A DNA stretch of 63,171 bases, filler included, from Octopus bimaculoides (taxonomy: Eukaryota): the NCBI RefSeq assembly GCF_001194135.2. It is 6 parts of 4 records of this genome, joined end to end, with 100 filler letters (N's around TTAATTAATTAA, not from the genome) between each part and the next. Parts side by side here need not be neighbours in the genome. Positions count along the whole stretch, not along the records: positions 1 to 24,193 come from NC_068997.1; 5 more parts are not named here. One strand, written 5' to 3'. The notes beneath the pieces were generated by a model that was given only the letters and a program-made list of their open reading frames with translations, was not told where the DNA came from and did no database searches. Made by a program: the position numbers and the translations under genes. Of this stretch, positions 1 to 12,064 are shown one piece after another (position 1 is the stretch's first letter; the number at the start of each line of letters is the position of its first letter).

Positions 1-19
1 CATACATACATATATATAT

Positions 20-200
20 GGGAGAATATATGAAAAAACAACAACAGACGAGGACAGGTGGTGTAAATAACAAAAGGATGTATTAGTATGACGCTCGGGA
101 ATACGGAAAGTCTTTGACGTTTCGAGCTACACTCTTCAACAGAAAGAATACGGAGACAAGGAGAAAAACACGGAGAAAAAAAATTGAATAGTGTCCAGTC
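20..200 (-). mobile_element. Short dispersed element carrying a hammerhead-like motif (copy 1)
   Basis: Homologous to 51325-51500. The minus strand at 147-111 reads tcttt-CTGTTGA-A-GAG-tgtag-CTC-GAA-ACGT-C-aaaga. Confidence 0.6.
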
Positions 201-210
201 AACGGTCAAC

Positions 211-363
211 GATGGGCTTCTTTCAGTTTCCGTCTACCAAATCCACTCACAAGGCTTTGGTCGGCCCGAAGCTATAGTAGAAGACACTTTCCCAAGGTGC
301 CACACAGTGGGACTGAACCCGCAACCATGTAGTTCGTGAGCAAGCTACTTACCACACAGCCAA
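211..363 (-). mobile_element. SINE family A (tRNA-derived head; 3' end GGATTTGGTAGACGGAAACTGAAAGAAGCCC)
   Basis: B-box-like GGTTC(A/G)(A/G)TCC head. At least 12 homologous copies in the window. Confidence 0.85.
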
Positions 364-558
364 TCCTACGCCTATATATTGAAAAAAAATTATAATAAGC
401 AGAAAACAGTTGTGATATTCAAATCTTTACAGGACAGACACATGTTTCATCGAAATGCTGAAATAATTACACAACAAATAGATATTATGCAATCATGTAT
501 TTCACCTCATCAGTGTCCTGTCATAAATACATATATGTGTGTGTGTGTGTGCAAATGT

Positions 559-830
559 GAAGCCACATGGCCTAGTGGTTAGGTTGTTGCAATCATAATC
601 ACTAGATCATGGATTCAATTCACAGACTGGGTGGCACATTGTGCTCTTGAGCAAAACACTTCATTTCATGTTGCTGCAGTCTCCCTTTCTATTTCCATCA
701 GGACGCAATGTTGGCCTGATCACCTAGCCAGCAAGATGGAGTCATTCAAAGGCTAAAACGATACACAAGTGCATTGTGACCAGCGATGTGAAACAACATC
801 CAATAACCTGGTCAGTCACATGATCACAAG
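559..830 (+). mobile_element. CORE-like SINE (tail type 3)
   Basis: tRNA-like head, then TTGAGCAAAACACTTCATTTCATGTTGC, similar to the CORE domain. Confidence 0.7.
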
Positions 831-1286
831 GTATACATATGCAAGTAGACAGACAAACAGACATACATAGAGACATATACACACACATGCATACACAATA
901 CACAGAGACATACAGACATATACATACATGTAAAAACTCTGCTGTGTCTCATTAATTTCTCTCCTTTCAACTTTTCCCTACGCTAGATTCCCCACTCCCT
1001 ACAGCAAGCTCACTGCACTTTTGTTGTTCACTCTACTAAATAATACAAGTGTTGAGACTGAGAACAACACCAGTCGCTTTGGAACTTCAGTGTGTTTGTG
1101 AGGACATGGAAGAGGAAAAAGAAAAAATCTAACGCTTCGACCAGAGACACTTTCAAGCGAGACGATGAAAGGGCTTCCGACTAATGCTAAATAAATAGAT
1201 TCTATGTGTGTGTGTGTGTGTGTGTAGAAAAATGTGTTGAAATTTGCAGCATTGCAATCTACAGCAGATGTGATGCGAATTTTGAA

Positions 1287-1444
1287 TGGAAAGAAGGAAG
1301 GAAGGAAGGAGAGACGAAAGAAGGAAAGAAGGAAAGAACGAAAGGGAGGGATGAGAAGGGAGGAAGGAAGGAGAGACGAAGGAAGAAAGGAAGGAAGGAA
1401 GGAAGGAAGAAAGGAAAAGAAAACAAGAAAGAACGAAGGACAGG

Positions 1445-1487
<43 letters not shown>

Positions 1488-1496
1488 AGGAAGAAA

Positions 1497-1528
<32 letters not shown>

Positions 1529-1735
1529 ACAATGAAGGAAGAAAGAAAGAAAGAAATGAAGGAAGAAAGAAAGAAAGAAAGGAAGAAGGAAATGAAGAAA
1601 GAAAGGAAGAATGAAAGAAAGGAAGAAAGAAAGAAATGAAGAAAGAAAGAAAGAAAGGAAGAAAGAAAAAAACGAAGAAAGAAAGAAAGAAAGAAAGAAT
1701 GAAAGAAAGAAAGAAAGAAAGAAAGAAAGGAAGTA
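1287..1735. repeat. (GAAA)n/(GGAA)n microsatellite
   Basis: Directly visible. Confidence 0.95.
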
Positions 1736-2520
1736 GGTAGTCAGTAATACAGTAATGCTTTGTATTCTGCATCACAATAGCATTTCACTTAGAATTGTGT
1801 TTCTCATTTTCATTTATTATTTTGTTTTGTTTTTTGTTTTCTAAATTCTATATTTATTAATGCATTTATTTAAATTTAGCTTCTTAACAGAACAAGTACT
1901 AAAATGACACACTAGTACGCTACGAGGAAAAAAAACAAACAAACAAACATAACCAAATATATTTGAAACAAAATATATTAAGAATCAAATAAATGGCGTA
2001 CATCAACTTAAAAAAATATGGTTTTGGTACAATACACATTCTTTGCCAACAAAAAAATAACCATGCTTTGTACAGAAATATAATTTAAGTTTTCCTTTGT
2101 TTTGTTTTGTTTGTGTTTATTTTTGTTTGTTTTTTTTCATAAATTCATCATACTTAGCTTAATTCGGAAACCATGATTTATATATGCATGTACACACACA
2201 CACACACACACACACAGATACACACAGATACACGCATGCATGTACGCATGCACACACGTACGCACACAGGTACATATAGACACACGCGTGCGCATACACA
2301 CACACACACACTCGTACAAACACAAATGCACAAACACACACACACACACACATATGCACGCATGAGCACACACATACACACACACAGGCATGCACATCTA
2401 CTTTGTAATAAGACTAGCATAACTATGGATATGCAGGCTAGCACCGATTCCATGGAAGAAGCGGAGTCTATGCCTACTTTCTCTCTTTCTCTCTCTCTCT
2501 CTCACTTTATATATACATAT

Positions 2521-2569
<49 letters not shown>

Positions 2570-2572
2570 ATG

Positions 2573-2692
2573 TACTTCTTTCGGTTTCCATCTACCAAAT
2601 CCACTCACAAGACCTAGCTGGCCCAAGGCTATAATACAAGATACCTCCCCAATATGTAGGTTGGAAGTGAAATTCTTAACCACATTCTTAAC
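2573..2692 (-). mobile_element. SINE family A, internally deleted
   Basis: Homology to 211-363. Confidence 0.75.
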
Positions 2693-2746
2693 CAAAAGCA
2701 TACACATACACACAAGCACACACACAAACATGCACACATATGTATA

Positions 2747-4059
2747 CAGGGTGCGGTGAATAAATTATTGTCTAAATTATGCAAAAATGAAAATAACTGT
2801 GACATCTAATTTTAACAGATATATTTACCAAAATTACATAAAAATATCTTGAAATACTAAAGAGTAAATTTATTCAATAAAATCGCCATTGGTTTCAACC
2901 ACGATCTCCAGACGCCTTCGGAATCTCCTACAACTCTTCTGGATAGTCTCCTTGTTTAAATTGGTGAATGCTGCCATAACCCTTGCTTTCAGTCCATCTT
3001 TGGTGTTACAAGGAGTTTTGTTGGTCTCTCGCTCAACTGCACCCCAGACATAAAAATAAAAGGGGATGCATTCTGGGGAGTTAGGTGGCCAAATATTAGG
3101 ATGATGTGGTCTCAGAAATTGTCTGATAGCCATGACTGAGTTCTCCTGCTTCTGTGGCATGGTGCAGATTCCTGATGCCAGACATAAGGTCTGCCAGACA
3201 TAAGGTTGCCAGACATAAGCCACCCTCTTAACCCCGAGCAGCACTATCTCCTCCAGACACTTGATGTAGGCCTCCATGTGGAGTCTGTGACTGCGTAGGA
3301 AGATGAATAGAGACATAACATCGCCATCACTAGTGAGCACTCCAAACACCATGATGTTGACTGGATGTTTGATTTTTATCACTCTTGGTACATGTTTTGG
3401 AGACACAGTAGGACAACAGTTGTTCTGTGTGTTCCCTATTTGATCCTGGCAAAAGCTTTTCTCGTCTGAGAAAAACCAAAGCATGTTCAGTTAGATGGGA
3501 TGCTTGAGTTTGTTCAAAAACTTTCTTAGCATGGTCTCTCCTCTTGTCGTTGATGGCCTGGGATTAAAATTGGCCCTTTCTCATCTTGTATGAGAAATAC
3601 CAAATGTCTTCATGCACTACCTGCCTGATAAGAAACTCAGACACTTTTGTCCATGTACTTGGTGATGGACTTGATTGACTTGGATGGATTATTGTCAATC
3701 TTGGCTTGGATCTCATCAACAAATTCAGGAGTCCTTTTCTTATCAGAATGATCAGAGTGAGTTTTCCAAGCTGCCATACTTTCGTAATCACCATTAGACT
3801 CATCCAACTCTTTCTGAATTCTCTGCAATGTCCTCAGATTTACACCTTCTGAAACGTTCATATTGGAGCTTCTGGTGTGAATGCCAAGCAGTACCGCATG
3901 TGGTTTCCAAATTTCTGACAGAGTGAATTGCATCGTGGTGCTGTTTTTCTCAGAGATGGTGCCTAACTGACCCTACTATACTGCATAGCCAACAAAATCA
4001 AAAACAAACAATGCACATGCGTAAAATTAAAATGGCAACAATTTACACTTTACACCGTG
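2747..4059 (-). mobile_element. Tc1/mariner transposon, maT (DD37D)-type, near full length, frameshifted
   Basis: TA on both sides; degenerate TIRs CAGGGTG.../...CACCGTG; 1.3 kb long. Transposase fragments include FSDEK, MVFG and WPPNSP(E)C.PxxFYVWG, plus an N-terminal piece at 3637-3933. Confidence 0.85.
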
Positions 4060-4091
<32 letters not shown>

Positions 4092-5696
4092 TCATCAAGT
4101 CAAGTATTACTGATTATGGCATGTAACTGCAATATTGATGATTCTTCAGACATACACTGAAGAGTAAATGTAACAGCTCTATTACTTACACTAAGATTGC
4201 ATTTTTTATATTCGTTTTTCCAATCTATGGATATCTAACTGATAAAATATATATACATAAATATATATATACACTAGCATATCTATGTCTTCTAAAAATT
4301 ACTACTAAAAGTCCAAATGACTTTGCACTTCTTATTTAACAGAAAAATATCAAAATAATTTGTAAATTTAATAGTGAAACTTTGTTATCACTACAGTTTG
4401 GTCCCCACCTCAAATTTTGTTTCCTCATAACTCTCTGAAAAATTCGTATTTTTTTAATCAAATTTTACAGATATACATTCTACAGGGTGTAGTTTATGAA
4501 AATGGTGACAAAATTTCAAAAACAGAAAGTTCCACAAAAATATATTTAAAATGCACATTTTTAAGTGACATTTTACAGAAATACATTTTTGACAGTACAT
4601 GTTGCTCAATATCGAAATTTCAAAAATAGAAATCTGAGAAAAAAAAAATGTAATAAAAATGAAAAAAAAAACATTAAAAATTCTAAAGATACAGAAATTA
4701 ATGGTAACAAGACAGGGGGTTTGCAGGGAGAGTGATGCAAATTACCCCAACAAAGAGAGTATATTTTCCCTAAATTTTATCAAACATAATCATAAACCGC
4801 ACCGTGAAAACATATCTCAGCAAAATTTCATTATAAAATAATGTTTTCAGAAAATTATAAAGAAACTAAGTTGTGGTGATGGGAAACCAGCAAACTGTGT
4901 ACAAACAGAATAGTGAGCTGTATTTCAAATTTGTTTACCTTCCACAGTATGGGTATAATATTTATCTAACTACATTAAATTTATCTTGTGTGGATGTGTT
5001 TGGATGTGCATGTACCTATATAAGTGTGTATAAACACAGATGTTTTGCTTTATGTATGTATTCTCATGCATATAGTTGCATATCTAGACATTCTCATATA
5101 TATTTAAATGATAAACTTCTGGAAAGTTTTACAGATTTTTACAGCTCCAGTGATGGATTGGAACTCTAGTCTTCGTATTAGCTTTCTCCTCTCTGGTTTT
5201 GAGAAGCCTAATTTCTCAAGATGTATGTATGTATGTATGCCATTATTCAGTTTATTTCAAGATTTCTTGCCAACAGAGAAAGAACCGGTTTCTAACCTAG
5301 ATCCAAGGTTCCTTCATTGGAATTTCAACATCAACAACAGGGTATCTTTGCTTGTTTGTTTGTATGTATGTATGTATGTATGTATGTATGTATGTATGTG
5401 TGTATGTATGTGCATATTTGCTAAAAAAAAAAATACATGTATTCTCATGCATATAGTTGCATATCTACACATGCTCATATATATTTAAATGATAAATTTC
5501 TGGAAAGTTTTACAGATTTTTACAGTTCCAGTGATGGATTGCATCCATACTCTCCTTTCTTGTTTTGAGAAGCCTAATTTCTCAAGATTGGTATTTAGGC
5601 AGTGTGTTACATATCCCAGGGCCCCAATATTTACAGGTATAAACCTGAACTTGTAATCTGGATAGAGTAACTACAGATTTCTTAATAGTTCAGCAC

Positions 5697-5925
5697 AGGA
5701 GCAAATAATTCAGGAGTTAATATTTGCGAAGACATTGTTAACTCTATTATCATCTAGGGTAATATAAGTAAATTGATAATAACAGAATTAATAATATAGG
5801 TGATTGCAGGCCCAAAAATCACCTATATTATTAATTCTGTTATTATCAATTTACTTATATTACCCTAGATAATAATAGAGTTAATAATATCTCTGCAAAT
5901 ATTAACTCTTGAATTATTTGCTCCT
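5697..5925. repeat. Long palindrome with about 109-bp arms and an 11-nt loop
   Basis: AGGAGCAAATAATTC...GGTGATT-gcaggcccaaa-AATCACC...GAATTATTTGCTCCT, with few mismatches. Confidence 0.9.
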
Positions 5926-5934
5926 TAATGGAAT

Positions 5935-6220
5935 TCTTTTCACACTGAGACTGGTGCAAAACAAATCAGAGCATCGCAGACTTCAACGTGATGGGCTGGG
6001 AGATTTTTTCATCATGGTAACAAGTGCTGAAGAAAGTAAGGCAATAATGCCAGTCCAGAAACCAGTCCACGTGAGTCCAAATGCATGTTGAATAATTTTC
6101 TTGTCCCATTTGCTCACATACGGTTGAATTCTGTAGTTTTTATCAGTGTTATTTTTATGGCGGTTCAAATAACAGTTTTGACTGTTATTTACAGCAGGCA
6201 AACATATTCAGTATGTCCTT
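5935..6220 (-). repeat. Old dispersed repeat, homologous to 39600-39890
   Basis: Colinear similarity (TGCCTGCTG.AAATAACAGTCAAAACT...TTGAAGTCTGCG...CAGTGTGAAAA). Confidence 0.7.
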
Positions 6221-6248
6221 TAATTAATATATATACATACATATACAT

Positions 6249-6302
<54 letters not shown>

Positions 6303-6340
6303 GGAGCCTGGTGTAGCCACCTGGTCTACCNNNNNNNNNN

Positions 6341-6397
<57 letters not shown>

Positions 6398-6400
6398 TAT

Positions 6401-6562
6401 GACAGGCTTCTTTCAGTTTCTGTCTACCAAATTCACTCACAAAGCTTTGATCAGCCTCAGGCTGATCAAAGTAGAAGACACTTGCCCAAGATGCCACGCA
6501 GTGGGACTGAATCCATAACCATGTGGTTGGGAAGCAAGCTACTTACCACACAGTCACACCTG
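6401..6562 (-). mobile_element. SINE family A
   Basis: Homology to 211-363. Confidence 0.85.
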
Positions 6563-6974
6563 TGCCTATGCAGAAAAAAAAAATAGAAAATGTCTTAAAG
6601 CAAAATAATTCAAGAGAAGCATAGCAAATAGTTAAGGGTTTGGACTGGTGTCAAAATATCAAGTGTTGATTATCAATACAGAGCTCCCTAAAGGAACGAA
6701 TAAAGTAATTGATTGATAGAGACAGTACTGTAATGAACTTTGCTCACACAAATAAGTGGATAGTAATGTGCTAAGTGAGTTACCAAAGGGAGTTGCTTTC
6801 AATATATAACAGGAGGTAGAGATAATTTCGGAATGAGCTAAACGAGTAACATGAATAATTAGGAAACTGAAAACTGCAATATGATAAACCACTTGGGTTA
6901 GATAGTGTAAACACAGAATTATTGAAATAGAGAGGTGAGAATGCCTGTGTGTAATTATGAACTTCATTTCAAAA

Positions 6975-7225
6975 TTTCATGCTTTCAGGTTCAATCCTAA
7001 TATGTGGTACCTTCGACAAGTGTTTTTTTATTATAGCATCAAACCGACCAGTCTTGTAAACGAAATTTGGAAATCAATCTTTCAGTTTCTGTCTGCCTAA
7101 TCACCGTCACAGGGCTTTGGTCAATCCAAGAATATAGTAGAGACACATGCCCAAGGTACTGTACAATGGGACTGAACCTAAAACCACATGGTTGGAAAGC
7201 ATGCTTCTCAATCACATAGCCAGTC
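6975..7225. mobile_element. Two SINE family A copies in opposite orientation
   Basis: Partial plus copy at about 6975-7075 and a minus copy at about 7077-7225. Confidence 0.7.
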
Positions 7226-7541
7226 CTGTGCCTAATCTTATCCAAGGTGTGTGTTTTATTTAAACTAAAAGCAGCAACAATTCTTAATAAACACAACCTG
7301 ACACCTAGAAGGAAAAAAAAAATTGAAGAACACATCTGTAAAGCTAATATTCTTACAAAATTTCTTGGAACAGCAACCAGACCTTTACCAGATCTTCAGT
7401 GACTTTAAAACAAATTTATTTACCAATTCAGTGTCACATATTTCACATAGGACACTGAGAAGTTATTATATTCTTTTATTCTTTTATTCTTTTATTCCAA
7501 TGACCGAAACAAATAAAAGAAAAATGCCGAATAAACCTTAC

Positions 7542-8676
7542 CTTGCTCATAGACTTCATCATAATATTTAACAGCAATCACATACGTGTTGACCTGTAGC
7601 AGTATCAGCTTACGTAACAGCGATAGATTGGGTAATGTGGAAGCTATTGTGTCACTGCTGATTGTAGAGGTCTCTTGACCAATAGATGTGGTATCTTTGT
7701 CATTATGTGAGGTGCTTTGGTCTGTCTCCATAGTGTTTGGATCAACAATTATTTCATGTCTATTATCAGTCGTGGTGTTTCGATCCAAGGCTTCAAATTC
7801 CACTCTGACCTCTGCAGTGTCTACGTTCATAGTATTCATGGAGATGTTATCCTCACCATCAGTTTTGACACTCATATCGTTGCAAGAGACACCAGACATG
7901 TCACAAGTACTGCCCACATTGATATCATTCGTGACAACAGGCTCGGCTGTACTGCTTATGACTTCACTAGAGATACCTTCTTTATCAGAGATGTCTGCTG
8001 TGATATCATCAGTGACATTACATTTGTGAGAAGTGTCTTTGTTAATATCACTGGGGGTGCAGAACCTGGGAGTAATATCTCCATGGATATCAGAATTGAT
8101 TTGTTGAAAAATAATTACATCTTCTGAACCTCCAAAACCAGCATGTCTGCTACAGTTTGCTATTCTGTGGAGACAATCTTTGAAAATACTGGCTGCCAAT
8201 AAATGCTGACAAGTAACTGAGTAGAAATGTGGGATATGTTTCTGGACAGCTAGATCTTCTTTATAAGATAATACTCTATTAAAGAGCTGTAATGTACTTT
8301 TCAAAACCCATTTTTCACTGGCAGAATTGTTACCAAGTGTGGCAATAATAGAGTCAATATGTTCCAAAAATGTCCGAGCAGTGTCACATGTTTGCAGTTT
8401 TACATCAGAAATGAAACTATGCTTTTTGAACAATGATTTCCATAGCTTCAAAAACTCTGAATTACATTCAGCATCAGAGGAAAATTCTTTGAATTTTGTG
8501 AAAATATTCTCCCAAAAGTGGTCAATTAGGTTCAAGCAAATCTCGCTCAGTTCTTTGTTGAATTTAGCATTGAGAATTTTTTTCAATAGCCTGAATATAG
8601 TAGAGACATTGTCCTTTGATTGGCAATGGCCAAGTAAATGGACCACCAATTCTTCAAAGTGTTCTTTGGTGAACAA
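7542..8676 (-). CDS. LINS1: LINS1-like large internal exon (1135 nt, ends phase 1)
   Basis: 394-aa stop-free ORF starts exactly at a ttgtAG acceptor and has a CAAG/GTAAG donor at 7541. It contains the GFGGS and LLRKLILL segments typical of LINES_N. The exon structure is secure; the gene name rests on motif recall. Confidence 0.8.
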
Positions 8677-9149
8677 CTACAATGAGAAAGAAATAAAAGA
8701 AAAAAAAAAACAAATAATAGATTTATTTGTCAGAATTAAATTGAATGGCAAATTTTCTTAAAATGTGAAGAAGATGAAGTCAATTAAATCAACCATCCCC
8801 AACGCCACCATTGATACCAATTCCATTGATACCGATTCCATTGATCTTCCCACACCCATCCCTACTCCTGAGAAACAAAACATGACATTGATTCCAGAAT
8901 TATTTGAATTCAGAATGTACAAAGATCAAACTAAATTAATCTAATACACTGAATTTACTGCTCAACCAGTTCTAACAATTGACAAAATTGCAAGCCAATG
9001 ATAGAGCTCCCATGCAGTCATTCATCTTGATAGAAATAACAGCCAAATCACCTTCAAATTATGTATTGCTTTGTTAAAAAAAAAAAAAAGAGAAACAGAA
9101 AACACAGTAAATAATGAAACTCTTTAATACTATTTATTTTATTAGTTGG

Positions 9150-9400
9150 GTGCCTGATTGGTACCCATGGTGGTAGCATGTAAGAAGCACCATTCAAGCG
9201 TGGTTGGTACTAGTACCGCCTGACTGGTCCTGTGCCAGTGGCACATAAAAAGCACCATTCTAGTGTGGTTGATGCCAGTGCCACCTGACTGGTCCCATGC
9301 CGGTGGCATATAAAAAAGCACCATTCGATCATGGTCAATGCCAGTGCCACCTGACTGGTCCCATGCCGGTGGCACGTAAAAAGCACCGTTCTAGAAGCAC
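9150..9400 (+). mobile_element. Family F segment with tandem ~60-bp internal units
   Basis: GCCAGTGCCACCTGACTGGTCCCATGCCGGTGGCA(C/T)(A/G)TAAAAAGCACC is repeated 3-4 times; inverted relative to 41520-41720. Confidence 0.75.
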
Positions 9401-9689
9401 TGCAAAACAAAAGACGCACCACATTGCAGTATGACTGTAGTCGACAACGCTGGTCAGCAGACTGATGCCTGAGGGTTGCATCAAGTGGCTTCTAGCAGCA
9501 GAAGCCTCAACTACAATGGGCTTGTCCCACAGAGAACATTTCCAGCTACTTTTGGGTCCCTCCTCGTATGTGTGTGTGTGTGTGTGTGATGATCATCATC
9601 ATTTAACACCCTTTTTACCATGCTGGTATGGGCTGGATAGAGTGTGTGTGTGTATGTGTGTACACACACACACACACACACACAGACAG

Positions 9690-9854
9690 ATGGCTGGATG
9701 GATGGATGGATGGATGGATGGATGGATGGATGGATGGNNNNNNNNNNGGATGGATGGATGGATGGATGGATGGATGGATGGATGGATGGACGGGCAGAGG
9801 ACGGGGAGTCAGACAGACAGATAGATGGATGGATAGGTAGGTAGGAAGGTAAAC

Positions 9855-9893
<39 letters not shown>

Positions 9894-9965
9894 CAGATAG
9901 ATAGATAGGCAGACAGACAGACAGACAGACAAATAAATAGATAGATAGACAGACAGACAGTAGAC
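9690..9965. repeat. Compound (GGAT)n/(AGAT)n/(AGAC)n microsatellite
   Basis: Directly visible. Confidence 0.95.
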
Positions 9966-10131
9966 ATGTGAGTTGACTGTAATTTCTTCTTTTTTTCTTG
10001 GTTTTGTTTGTCTAAAAAAAATATGAACATCATGGTTTGTGATCAGCTCAATATCTTATTCTCTAATGTTAATATCAAAGTAAAAAGAAGAAAAGCACCT
10101 ACATGGAACATGTTCAGATAAATTGTCTTAC

Positions 10132-10218
10132 CTTGGATGGATTCAGAGAAATGAGAGAAACCAAAACTTTGCTTGCAACATGAGAGATAAATGCGGATAA
10201 TGCAAGCAAGCGATGGGT
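10132..10218 (-). CDS. LINS1: LINS1-like 87-nt internal exon (THRLLALSAFISHVASKVLVSLISLNPSK), absent from the ORF track
   Basis: tttcAG acceptor and AAG/GTAAG donor; phase 0-0 joins the neighbouring exons in frame. FISHVASKVLVSL matches the recalled LLSHMAAQCLALL Lines motif. Confidence 0.8.
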
Positions 10219-10220
10219 CT

Positions 10221-10556
10221 GAAATATTGAACAAAGAATTTAGTAAAATAACTTAGTTATGATTCAGCTAGTATTAGGAACATAAATTGTGACTATGGTT
10301 TGGTGGAAGATTTTAATTCAAAAACTTATGAAAACAAGACATTTGTACTACAGAGCCAGAGGTGGTTTCAGCCAGGTTAGTATTGAAGGGGTTAAGAATT
10401 GTTTCTCTATTATATATTTTAACCCTTTTGTTACCATATTTCTGTTGAGATGCTCTGTGTTTCTTTCAATTAATTTTAAATATAACAAAGAATTTAGTAA
10501 AATAACTTAATTATCATTAAGCTGGTGTTAGGAACATAAATTGAGACTAAGGTTTG
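10221..10556 (+). mobile_element. Two tandem partial copies of a piggyBac-like MITE
   Basis: One copy ends GGGG/TTAA (10391) and the next starts TTAA/CCCTTT (10423). About 75 bp is shared between them; a third copy lies at 15400-15610. Confidence 0.6.
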
Positions 10557-10640
10557 GGGGACCATGATCAAATAACAAGTATGATGACACACACTCTTAG
10601 TGTCAGCATAAAAACAATACTGAAGAGCAGCACAATGAAA

Positions 10641-11005
10641 TCTATAATAATAAATGCAAAATTCTGTCTGTCTGTCCGGGACCCCTGTATCTCAGTCTAC
10701 ATTTGCTCTACATAGACATATTACACCATTTTGGAATCAGGATGATCCCGGGATTGAAAATCTGCCCTTCATTTAGTTCTCAAACATCCTGCATTGAGAT
10801 CAGATTTGGATAAGAATTTGTTATAGGGTAACGGTTGAAAATTCAAATTTTAAAAGAACTCCAAAAATTTGTGAATTTACAAGATTTTCATTTAAACTGA
10901 ATTTAAAGTAATACCATATTGGAAGGGTACCAATGAATGCTTTATTTTTATTGCTCTCTTTAGCTTTGGGTCAGAGGCCTAATTAGCCTGCCACAGGAGC
11001 TAGCT
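10641..11005 (+). mobile_element. Helitron/HINE-like 5' end
   Basis: A/TCTATAATAATAAA start followed by a (TCTG)n tract; 3' end not defined. Confidence 0.35.
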
Positions 11006-11124
11006 TAAAAATCCATATGGAGAGCAGCTTTTAAGTAAGTTTAATAATAAACTATGGGTGGATAGTGAGTATCATTCACCAGTCTTTGACAACCAGCCAT
11101 ATTCACAAGCTGTGAAAGACCTGC

Positions 11125-11215
11125 CATTCATAAAAGGGATTGTCCAAGTCATCTGCAGGCTTCCAGGTGACCAATGAGACCACAAGAAAACAGGTAGTCT
11201 GGGATGCAGTGGCTG
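11125..11215 (-). mobile_element. Possible RTE-type LINE C-terminal remnant
   Basis: PCSHC...GLIGHLEACR* resembles the CxxC...GLxxH terminal motif of RTE ORFs. Confidence 0.3.
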
Positions 11216-11538
11216 CAAGGAACATTCTGATCTGAGTTTGGTGCTCCAGTATCCTGGTTTTTGAAAGGACTCACCATGTCATAAGATGTGAGTGAAATGG
11301 TTGGTGATAGGAAGAGCATCCAGCAATAAAATACTCATTAGATAATTCATCCAACCCATGCCAACATGGAAGAAAAGAAGCAAAATGATAATTATTTCTC
11401 AATACATACATAGGTACATATATACATACATGTACATACACACATACACGTACATGCATGTACACACACACACACGGGGATATGCACATACATATATATA
11501 CTTGCATACATACAAATATACATCATACGTACATGTAC

Positions 11539-11581
<43 letters not shown>

Positions 11582-12033
11582 CACATGCGTATAGCCGTTG
11601 AACAACTACAAAAGCTGTAACAGTAACAAGATTAACAATCACTAGTTCCAATCTCCTTAAGAATTCTTGTCTAAACGCTCCAGTTATCTTTTATCTCTTC
11701 CAGCTCTATAATCTCAAAGTGCTTAGGGGTAGGGGTCTGTCTACTGATCTTGTTACTTGCTCATCTTGTAACTTTATACATCTCTCTCTCTCTCTTTCCC
11801 TCTCTCTTTCTCACCAATTTTTCCCACCAGTTTTCTTAAGATTTCATATCTTTTTGATCCCAAATTCCTAGCCTAATATCTTCATCTTCCCCAAACCATT
11901 TTTCATTAAAGCCTTTGTTTGATCGATCTATACAAATCATTAATGAAAATGCGATTGATTTCTATGATCTATTTGGTATTTGCCCTTTGTTGTAAATACA
12001 TTATAGATAGTCATAACTGCAACAACAATAATA

Positions 12034-12064
<31 letters not shown>

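Noticed and set aside
999-1775. 258-aa F/L/S-rich ORF and the opposite-strand K/E/R ORFs
   Set aside because: These are translations of the (GAAA)n microsatellite. The unique tail at 999-1186 follows a possible acceptor but shows no Lines similarity.
1-7541. Further LINS1 exons downstream of the phase-1 donor
   Set aside because: I found no phase-compatible exon with LINES_C-like motifs. The remaining exons probably lie outside the window, though a short one could have been missed.
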